From: an uncultured Verrucomicrobiota bacterium
GTDB taxonomy: Bacteria > Verrucomicrobiota > Verrucomicrobiia > Limisphaerales > CAZZJO01
NCBI GenBank assembly: GCA_964654645.1
Contig: CAZZJO010000034.1
Span: forward strand, 42,086-106,085
Length of the DNA stretch: 64,000 nucleotides
Reading direction: 5' to 3'
Below the pieces are notes generated by a model. It saw only the letters and a list, made by a program, of their open reading frames with translations. It did no database searches and was not told the DNA's origin. Shown piece after piece: positions 56,673-64,000 of the stretch. The stretch's first letter is position 1. The number at the start of each line of letters is the position of its first letter. Position numbers and translations under genes: made by a program.

Positions 56673-57752
56673 ATGCCGATTAGGGCGCTTGCCTTAGGAA
56701 GAAACAGGAATAGAATGACGTCAAACATGCAGCCGATCGTATTTGACACACAGGTACGTAGACGAATTCGCGATTTAGTATTGCGGGTCATTGACGGAGA
56801 GGCGATTGACCGTGCTAGCTTGCTTTGGTTGTTTTCTTTGCGGGAGCCACGCGATATTTACGAGCTTTTAATCGGGGCTTATCAGATTCGGGAGGCATTT
56901 CATGGCAGACGGACATTTCTGTGTTCGATCTACAATGTGAAATCGGGTGGATGTCCAGAGAACTGTAAATTTTGTGCACAGTCAGCATGGTATTCAACAC
57001 ATGCTCCTCGATACAATCTGGTCGATGGTGAGGAAGTGCTACGTGTGGCAAAGGAGGTTAGTGCATGTTCAGTAGGAGCTTTAGCTTTGGTAGCGGCGTG
57101 GCCAACGCTCACACCTGAACTGTTGGCAAGGCTTGAACCAGTGATCCAACGCGTGAAGAGTGAGATGCGCTTAGAATTACATGCTTCCTTAGGTATGATA
57201 AATGATTTTCATGTGGCAGCCAGACTAAGTGAATTAGGTTTGGCGTGCTATCACCATAATCTAGAAACTTCCCCCCGCTATTTCTCTCAAATATGCACCA
57301 CACACACTTTTCAGCAACGGGTTACCACTGTGCGATTAGCCAAGGACGTAGGTCTCCGAGTCTGTTCAGGTGGCATTATCGGATTAGGGGAAAGTATCGA
57401 AGATCGTGTGGAACTGGCGTTAATGCTGCGTGAGCTAGACGTAGATGCTGTGCCCATAAACATTTTAACTCCGATTCCAGGGACGCCGATGGAGTCAGTT
57501 CCGCCATTACCTCCGCTGGAAATTCTAAAGACCGTAGCGTGTTTCCGGTTCGCTTTGCCACACCAACATATAACTATTGCGGGAGGGCGTCCCCAAAATT
57601 TGCGAGATCTTCAACCAATGGCACTGATTGCAGGTGCAACTGGATTGATGGTAGGGAACTATTTGACCACTTTGAACCGGCCTATTGGTGATGATCTGCG
57701 ATTGATACGGGATCTTGAATTAGAATTAGTGGATTCGCTGGGTCGGGTGTAG
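56673..57752 (+). CDS. bioB: Biotin synthase (radical SAM)
   Basis: SGGCPENCKFCAQS (CxxxCxxC), YHHNLETSPRYF, VCSGGIIGLGES. The start is uncertain; M15 at 56715 or M19 at 56727 are possible. Confidence 0.88.
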   Translation: MPIRALALGRNRNRMTSNMQPIVFDTQVRRRIRDLVLRVIDGEAIDRASLLWLFSLREPRDIYELLIGAYQIREAFHGRRTFLCSIYNVKSGGCPENCKFCAQSAWYSTHAPRYNLVDGEEVLRVAKEVSACSVGALALVAAWPTLTPELLARLEPVIQRVKSEMRLELHASLGMINDFHVAARLSELGLACYHHNLETSPRYFSQICTTHTFQQRVTTVRLAKDVGLRVCSGGIIGLGESIEDRVELALMLRELDVDAVPINILTPIPGTPMESVPPLPPLEILKTVACFRFALPHQHITIAGGRPQNLRDLQPMALIAGATGLMVGNYLTTLNRPIGDDLRLIRDLELELVDSLGRV

Positions 57753-57842
57753 AAGAAACACACTAGAAAAGCAGGATGGGGTTGGTGGCCAATACTTTGG
57801 GCTTGCAGATTTGTATTGGGTCCGGTTAACGTTTCGGTTGCT

Positions 57843-58598
57843 ATGACCCTCATCGGCCGCTTTCAAAAAGGGAAGGAAGTATTCTATGCAAAGGTGGGGG
57901 ATGGAAAGCTTTACCGCGCCAAAGGTGATATTTTTTCATGCGCGTCATTCGAGAGAAAAGGGATCCCAATGCGAGGGATTCGAGTATTACCGCCAGTAGT
58001 ACCCTCTAAAATTATAGCTGTGGGATTGAATTATGTGGATCATGCCCGGGAGCTGGGTATGGAAATCCCCAAAGAACCCATATTCTGGTTCAAGGCACCT
58101 AGTTCCCTCTTGCCCGATGGGGGTAAGATCGAATTGCCCTTTAACGATCATCGGATCGATTATGAGGCAGAACTTGCTATTGTGATTGGGAGGCGGGGGA
58201 GGAATATCCCACCAGAGGCTGCGCCAAGATACATTTTTGGTTACACGGCCGCTCAGGACATCACAGATCGTACGCTCCAACAGCGAGAGACGCAGTGGTG
58301 CAGATGTAAGTCTTTTGATACCTTTACACCGCTAGGACCATTTATTGAAACGCGACTTGATCCTAGCAAGTTATCTATTCAGTTATTTCAGAACGGCCAC
58401 CTTAGGCAAAACTCCAATACCGCCAACATGATTTTCAATTGTTTCGAATTAGTGGGTTTTGTTTCGCAGTACATGACGCTCATGCCTGGGGACGTGATTT
58501 TGACTGGGACACCTGCGGGTGTTGGCCCCATCGCCTCAGGGGATCGGCTCGAGGTGCGAATCGAAGGGTTGCCCCCTTTAATAAACACCGTCCGCTGA
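57843..58598 (+). CDS. Fumarylacetoacetate hydrolase (FAH) family protein
   Basis: GLNYVDHARELG, FWFKAPSSL, IDYEAELAIVIG, GDVILTGTPAGVG. ATG at 57843 is preferred over the track TTG at 57816. Confidence 0.82.
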   Translation: MTLIGRFQKGKEVFYAKVGDGKLYRAKGDIFSCASFERKGIPMRGIRVLPPVVPSKIIAVGLNYVDHARELGMEIPKEPIFWFKAPSSLLPDGGKIELPFNDHRIDYEAELAIVIGRRGRNIPPEAAPRYIFGYTAAQDITDRTLQQRETQWCRCKSFDTFTPLGPFIETRLDPSKLSIQLFQNGHLRQNSNTANMIFNCFELVGFVSQYMTLMPGDVILTGTPAGVGPIASGDRLEVRIEGLPPLINTVR

Positions 58599-58670
58599 AC
58601 GTTTCACGGTTTTATTAGTAAGTTTGCTTGCGGATTTCGGTAATCTGAGTTTAATCAGGGGTCACTTATT

Positions 58671-60422
58671 ATGCGCTGGACACAAACCCTTATACCAACA
58701 TTAAAAGAATCACCGGCTGAGGCTGAAATAGTCTCGCATAAGCTATTGTTGCGGGCTGGTCTTGTGCGGAAACTGGCTGCAGGTCTATACACCTTCTTAC
58801 CTCTTGGATTACGCGCACTAAAAAAGATTGAAAATATTGTGCGTGAGGAAATGGATCGTGCTGGTGCACTTGAGGTGGCCATGCCGTGTCTTCAACCCCC
58901 AGAGATTTGGCACCAAAGCGGCCGATACATCACAATGGCAGATGTAATTTTTCATGTGACTGACCGTGCAAGACGAGAATGGCTTCTAGGCCCTACGCAT
59001 GAAGAAAATATTACTGCCCTGGTGGCTAGCGAAATAAGTTCGTACCGCCAGCTACCTAAAAACTTTTACCAGATTACTACTAAATTCCGCGACGAAATCC
59101 GGCCTAGATTTGGATTAATGCGGGCTCGAGAATTTATTATGAAGGACGCTTATAGCTTTGACGTGGATGAGGAGTCCGCAAACATTAGCTATAAAAAAAT
59201 GTACGAGGCCTATGACCGGATTTTCCGGCGGTGTGGTCTGAAAACGGTCGCTGTGGAGGCTCACACAGGGGCAATTGGTGGATCGTTTTCCCACGAGTTT
59301 ATGGTGCCTGCAGAAGCAGGGGAAAACGAAATAGCGTTTTGTGATAAGTGTAGGTACGCAGCCAACATTGAAAAAGCTCAGAGCAGTATCCTATCCACGG
59401 GTGAAGAACAAAAAAATGAACCTTCTGCCGGATTACCAGAAGAATTTCCAACGCCTGGGGTAAACACAATTGATGATCTAGCTCGGCCGCCTTTCAATGT
59501 GCCTGCAAGCAGACAAATAAAGACGCTAGTGTACATAGTTGAGAGTAAACCAGTAATTTTGTTGATCCGGGGCGACGATCAGTTGAACGAAGCGAAATTA
59601 GCGGCATTAGTGGGCACGACGGTATTTAGGCCTGCTACGCCTGAAGAAATCTATGATGTGATGGGAGCGCATCCTGGTAGTCTGGGTGCTGTGACGACAA
59701 GGATGAAGAACAAGGGTCTGCCGGTATACGCAGACTTGCGATTGCAGGGGGCTAAAAGTATGACCACCGGGGCCAATCGGGATGGGTTCCATATTAAAAA
59801 CGTTGACATCGATCGCGATATCCGTGTGGATAAATGGTTTGATTTGCGAACGGTTAAGAGTGGTGAACCGTGTCCTCGGTGCAGTGCACTATTAAAATTA
59901 CAGCGGGCAATTGAGGTTGGACACATCTTCAAACTCGGTACCAAATACAGTGAGAAATTAGGGGCACGATTTTTGGATCAAAACGGGCAGGAACGATATG
60001 CGATAATGGGATGTTACGGTATAGGTGTCACTAGGACATTACAAGCCATCATTGAACAGTGCAACGATGCTGATGGCATTATCTGGCCAGTTACAGTGGC
60101 ACCTTACACAATCTGTATTACCCCTCTCGATGTAGGGCCTGGTAGTCAGCCAATGAAAGTTGCGGAGGAATTATATCGCGAATTTTGGAATGTTGGAGTC
60201 GATGCGATTTTGGATGATCGCGATGAAAGGCCGGGAGTTAAGTTTAAGGACGCTGACTTAGTTGGATTTCCTATTCGTATCAATATTGGTGCTAAGTCAT
60301 TAGCACAAAACCGGGTCGAGATTCGCGTACGTGCAACTGGTGAGATCCACCATGTCGAGCCAAACGAGGCAGTAAGAAAAACCCTAGAGTTAATCGGTCA
60401 GTTACGGGCTAAATTGGAGTGA
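58671..60422 (+). CDS. proS: Prolyl-tRNA synthetase (bacterial type with an INS editing domain)
   Basis: MRWTQTLIPTLKESPAEAEIVSHKLLLRAGLVRKLAAGLYTFLPLG, FRDEIRPRFGLMRAREFIMKDAYSF, MGCYGIGVTR. Confidence 0.93.
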   Translation: MRWTQTLIPTLKESPAEAEIVSHKLLLRAGLVRKLAAGLYTFLPLGLRALKKIENIVREEMDRAGALEVAMPCLQPPEIWHQSGRYITMADVIFHVTDRARREWLLGPTHEENITALVASEISSYRQLPKNFYQITTKFRDEIRPRFGLMRAREFIMKDAYSFDVDEESANISYKKMYEAYDRIFRRCGLKTVAVEAHTGAIGGSFSHEFMVPAEAGENEIAFCDKCRYAANIEKAQSSILSTGEEQKNEPSAGLPEEFPTPGVNTIDDLARPPFNVPASRQIKTLVYIVESKPVILLIRGDDQLNEAKLAALVGTTVFRPATPEEIYDVMGAHPGSLGAVTTRMKNKGLPVYADLRLQGAKSMTTGANRDGFHIKNVDIDRDIRVDKWFDLRTVKSGEPCPRCSALLKLQRAIEVGHIFKLGTKYSEKLGARFLDQNGQERYAIMGCYGIGVTRTLQAIIEQCNDADGIIWPVTVAPYTICITPLDVGPGSQPMKVAEELYREFWNVGVDAILDDRDERPGVKFKDADLVGFPIRINIGAKSLAQNRVEIRVRATGEIHHVEPNEAVRKTLELIGQLRAKLE

Positions 60423-60647
60423 TTCAGGTCAGTGGTATATAAGCATGTAATTCACGCAAGCTAATGGGATGGGGCTCTAGTATCTAAACACATATACTGT
60501 CCAAATGTTGGTTAGTGCTGTCTGGTATTGAGACAATATATAGTGGGTAAGCACAAAATTTTTAAAATGGTTTACTTGATACGCAGAAAGTGTCGATATT
60601 AAACTAGTAGTAGAAGCGTTACAACCATCGGTAAAAAGCAACCGGTC

Positions 60648-61142
60648 ATGTTACTTCGTAGTCAAAAAGCATGTAGGACAAATCACAAGTGGGTAAGTTC
60701 ATTCACCTTAGTTGAAATAGCGATTGCAAGTGCGCTCGTATTAATCTTGTTTGTGGGTATTTACCTTACTATAACGCAAGCGTTTGCGATTACCCGGGCT
60801 TCCAGGGAAGACCTGCGAGCTACTCAAATACTGTTGGAGCGAATGGAGGGCATAAGACTTTACAATTGGTACCAGTTGACAGATAGTAATTGGATTCCGA
60901 GGCAATTTCAGGAATATTACTATCCAGTAACCAATCTTGGGCCTCCTCCGGGGATCGTTTATTACGGGGAGTTCATTGTGACGAATGCACCATTTGTAAC
61001 AAGTTATGCAGATGAGGTAAGGTTGGTGATTGTACGCCTTTGGTGGACTAATTGGGTTGGAGGAGCACCAGTGGTAAAGATGAGGGAAATGCGGACGTTA
61101 GTAGCTAAGAAAGGACTCCAAAATTACATTTACTATAACTAA
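60648..61142 (+). CDS. Prepilin-type N-terminal domain protein (type II secretion / type IV pilus minor pseudopilin-like)
   Basis: SFTLVEIAIASALVLILFVGIYL is a hydrophobic prepilin-like N-terminal helix with Glu at +5. The -1 residue is Ser, not Gly. Confidence 0.6.
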   Translation: MLLRSQKACRTNHKWVSSFTLVEIAIASALVLILFVGIYLTITQAFAITRASREDLRATQILLERMEGIRLYNWYQLTDSNWIPRQFQEYYYPVTNLGPPPGIVYYGEFIVTNAPFVTSYADEVRLVIVRLWWTNWVGGAPVVKMREMRTLVAKKGLQNYIYYN

Positions 61143-61150
61143 CGAACTGG

Positions 61151-61723
61151 TTGCGTTCGCGACCGATGGTTAGAATGCGCGTAAAAAGTAAGATAAGAAT
61201 TGGTGGGTTTACATTGTCGGAGGTGTTGATTGCTGCTGCGACGGCTACCATTATTTTGGGTGCGGTAGTGGCTTTTACTCTCTTTAGTGGGAAAAGCTTT
61301 GTTGGCCTGTCCAACTATATGAGTTTACAGACCCGGAATCGTCAGGCTTTGGATATTTTAACGCGAGATATTCGAAACTCAGTGGCGCTGCTAGAGTATG
61401 CGACGAATCGGATTGTATTACAGCGTTTTGATGGGCAGCGGATTACGATATACTGGAATCCACAAACAGGGGTAGTTACGCGGTCGGTAAGTGGTCAAGA
61501 ACAGGTTCTATTGACGGACTGTGATTACCTTTTGTTTAGGATTTACCAGCGGAATCCACTACCTGGGAAATACGATTTTTACCCGGCAACGAATCTTAAT
61601 GGGGCTTATGATCCATTGCTTTGCAAATTAATTGATATTACTTGGCGTTGTTCAAAGCCGGTTTTGGGGCAAAAACTGCAAAGCGAAAGTATTCTGACGG
61701 CAAAGATCGTGCTAAGAAATTGA
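61151..61723 (+). CDS. Prepilin-type N-terminal cleavage/methylation domain protein (minor pseudopilin, GspJ/PilW-like)
   Basis: IRIG/GFTLSEVLIAAATATIILGAV is a canonical G/F-T-L-x-E site. The likely true start is ATG at 61166 or 61175. Confidence 0.7.
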   Translation: MRSRPMVRMRVKSKIRIGGFTLSEVLIAAATATIILGAVVAFTLFSGKSFVGLSNYMSLQTRNRQALDILTRDIRNSVALLEYATNRIVLQRFDGQRITIYWNPQTGVVTRSVSGQEQVLLTDCDYLLFRIYQRNPLPGKYDFYPATNLNGAYDPLLCKLIDITWRCSKPVLGQKLQSESILTAKIVLRN

Positions 61724-61739
61724 AGTGGGAGGGATGCAT

Positions 61740-63140
61740 ATGAAGTTAGTGCATCGGGACCGAAAACAAGGAAGTGCCCTTATAGTGGCGCTTTTAACTG
61801 CCATTATTTTGGCAATGGCGTTGGGTTCTTATTTGTTGTATACGAACACACAAACCTTGCTTGTCCGACGAGCTCAGCAGTGGAATGCTGCTTTGACGCT
61901 CTCAGAGGCAGGCATTGAGGAGGCTTTGGCCCATGTCAATAATCGGGCCCCGTTCTTAGATTATGCGGATGCCACTAACAGGCTTGCTACGGATGGTTGG
62001 GCGCAAATCACACCCAATCAATTTAGAGGCCCTACGAGGTATTTAGGAGATGGATTTTATGTGGCTACAATTACGCTTACCTGGCCTACGATACAGATTG
62101 ATTCAATTGGCTACGCTAGAGCCATCGGTGGTTCAAAGGGTATCCAGGGAATTTTGCTAGGTATATTGGGGCAACAATCCCATGACAGCGGTTATATAAA
62201 ACGACAAGTTCGTGTAATGGCAAGGGTTGATCCTTTATTTGCAACGGCTTTGGCAGGCCGTCAGAAGGTCGATCTAAATGGTAACAATGTATTTACTGAC
62301 GCGTTCGATTCGTCGGACCCTCGTTACAGCGAAAACGGCAGGTACCCCGGGAGGAATTCAAATAAAATTTTACCCAGGGGGACGGTGGCCACTTCTGGCG
62401 AATTCACTAATTCGATAGTTAACGTTGGAAATGCCGAGGTTATGGGGCGGGTACTTACCGGTCCATTAGGGGTAATAATGATAGGTCCTCAGGGCTCAGT
62501 AGGTGATGTGGATTGGGTCCGCAGCGGTAAAAAAGGAATTCAGCCTGGCTGGGCAGCTAATGATATGAATGTGATTTTTCCTGAGGTCACCAACCCTCCT
62601 GCAATTTGGATTCCAAAGGCTAAGGACAATCAAAGGGTGGACGGCGTTTTGTATGATTATGTGTTTAACACGAGCGGGGATTACATTATCCCAGGCGGTG
62701 GCAATATATACGTTGGTACAAATGCACACGTGAGATTACGTGTTGTGGGCGATTTTAAGATGAGTGGTAATGACGACCGGATTACAATTGCTCCCTCTAA
62801 TGCATCATTAAAACTATTCATGGAGGGGAGCGTATTTAAACTGTCGGGGCTAGGGGTAGTTAATCAGTCGGGTTTTGCCACAAACTTCATGTATTTTGGT
62901 TTACCAAGCAATAAGAGTGTAGAAATTTCCGGAAATGCGGAACTGGTTGGATTAATTTATGCACCTAACGCGGATATCTTTCTAAGAGGGGGTGGAAATA
63001 ACGTGATCGACGTAATCGGATCCATTGTTGGTAATAGTGTGACGATGAATGGGCACTTTGCATTCCATTACGATGTAACATTGCAAAACGTGGCGGGTGC
63101 ACGAGGATTTATACCTTTCAGCTGGCAAGAGGTTCAGTAA
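61740..63140 (+). CDS. Large pseudopilin-like protein (GspK/PilX-like N-terminus) with a C-terminal beta-helix-like repeat region
   Basis: QGSALIVALLTAIILAMALGSYLLY N-terminal helix. The C-terminal region has a GxxxLxGLIYAPNADIFLRGGGNN...GSIVGNSVTMNG pattern. GGGAGG lies 7 nt upstream of the ATG at 61740. The track start is GTG at 61725. Confidence 0.6.
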   Translation: MKLVHRDRKQGSALIVALLTAIILAMALGSYLLYTNTQTLLVRRAQQWNAALTLSEAGIEEALAHVNNRAPFLDYADATNRLATDGWAQITPNQFRGPTRYLGDGFYVATITLTWPTIQIDSIGYARAIGGSKGIQGILLGILGQQSHDSGYIKRQVRVMARVDPLFATALAGRQKVDLNGNNVFTDAFDSSDPRYSENGRYPGRNSNKILPRGTVATSGEFTNSIVNVGNAEVMGRVLTGPLGVIMIGPQGSVGDVDWVRSGKKGIQPGWAANDMNVIFPEVTNPPAIWIPKAKDNQRVDGVLYDYVFNTSGDYIIPGGGNIYVGTNAHVRLRVVGDFKMSGNDDRITIAPSNASLKLFMEGSVFKLSGLGVVNQSGFATNFMYFGLPSNKSVEISGNAELVGLIYAPNADIFLRGGGNNVIDVIGSIVGNSVTMNGHFAFHYDVTLQNVAGARGFIPFSWQEVQ

Positions 63141-64000
63141 AGGCTTCAAAAACAAATCGGTAGAATTGCCTTTACGGGGGGCAAAAAGTTTAGGGGTTGC
63201 TTCCGGCTGGGAGTAAGGCGTGTATATGTACTTGGGAGGTAGGCGAGGAGGGGGGGTGAGGAGTTAAGTAATCAACTCGCCAGCGCGGAGGAGCTATTTT
63301 TGCTCGTTAAACTTAAGTGGTGCAGACATAGGTTCCACTAGAGCTATCCCAAGAGCCTCTGGGGGAGGGGTGCCGTGTGATTATGCAAGAACGGGGTTTT
63401 CCCGAAGAGACCCCGTTATCCTGTCGATTTTAGGCACGTTAGGGGCTGTAGTCGCAAAACGTGTCAGACTGCCCATGCCAAGTTTTGAGTGGTTGAGGCC
63501 CGTATTGCCAAGGGTGGTCCCGATTTCATAATTGTTGAATCGCGCTATGAGTATTTGAGACTCGAGGGTTGAGATTTTTGAGATGCCCTTTATGCCTCTA
63601 AAAAGTGGCTGTTGGTAGATTCCTAGACAAGTATTTAAGGCGATTTTTGAGTTGATGATGCTAGGTAACACAGTGTTGGGGTTTTTAAAGTCGAGGTGTA
63701 AGCCGTTTTTGCGAAGCCGTTGGAAGTCTTATTTACGTTCTTCTATTCCAAAGCAAGTGGAGAACCGTTAGGCAAGCTTCGGTATCGAGTGTTTTTTGAT
63801 CCGGAGCGTAAATTCATACTTATAAGGTATATCTCAAGGGTGAGGAGTGTTGAAGAGGATGCGTTCCTCCGGGGCGACTTCGCGGTTCAAGGTATTGTTT
63901 GTATGTGGGATACAAATACTAAAGGACGTATTTTATTGCGTGCGAACTCTGTGGATAAAACCTGGTTTTGGAATGTGGGGTTTTGGGTTTTTATTCTGAA

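Noticed and set aside
63381-63671. A 96-aa minus-strand ORF in the terminal non-coding stretch.
   Set aside because: There are no motifs and it contains the GC hairpin. It is not called as a CDS.
1-64000. A search for tRNA, rRNA, CRISPR repeats, IS elements or prophage genes.
   Set aside because: No T-loop/acceptor-like GGTTCGAATCC contexts were found outside coding sequence. No regularly spaced direct repeats and no transposase- or integrase-like ORFs were recognised. The absence is by eye only; tRNAscan, Infernal and ISfinder would be decisive.

Overview
This 64-kb window looks like it comes from a diderm bacterium, probably of the PVC group. That placement is inference only, based on a Verrucomicrobia-like giant PATR-repeat surface protein and several prepilin-type pseudopilins. 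No rRNA, tRNA, CRISPR array, transposase or integrase was recognised by eye. Contents: (1) 1-4794 (+): the 3' part of a NAD-linked bidirectional [NiFe] hydrogenase operon, hoxF (partial)-hoxU(long)-hoxY-hoxH-hoxW. (2) 5094-25013 (-): the standout locus. A CHASE2 histidine kinase and a receiver-only response regulator sit upstream of five tightly packed giant genes (1067, 830, 291, 1821 and 1408 aa). The 1408-aa protein contains a clear PgsB/CapB-like (Mur-ligase family) amide-ligase core. The 1067-aa protein starts with two tandem PgsC/CapC-like membrane domains. The remaining proteins look like a periplasm- and outer-membrane-spanning apparatus: a secreted amidohydrolase-like protein, beta-sandwich module proteins, and TPR-like repeats followed by a C-terminal beta-barrel. 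I read this as an undescribed envelope-spanning synthesis and export system for a poly-gamma-glutamate-like polyamide. It is laid out like Gram-negative synthase-dependent exopolysaccharide systems. (3) 25602-32096 (-): a complete Pho block, porin-pstS-pstC-pstA-pstB-phoU-phoB, with four exactly 11-nt-phased Pho-box-like repeats upstream. (4) 32388-63140: mostly housekeeping genes (NUDIX, HAD, prfB with its +1 frameshift, cysK, cca, rpsU, pdxH, ExbB/ExbD/TonB-like, mqnD-like, bioB, FAH, proS). These are interspersed with secreted or surface functions: an S8 protease, a 1249-1280-aa (start-dependent) PATR-repeat protein, a flippase plus GT2, and three pseudopilin-like genes. All family assignments come from motif recognition by eye and remembered reference sequences. 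No database search was run.
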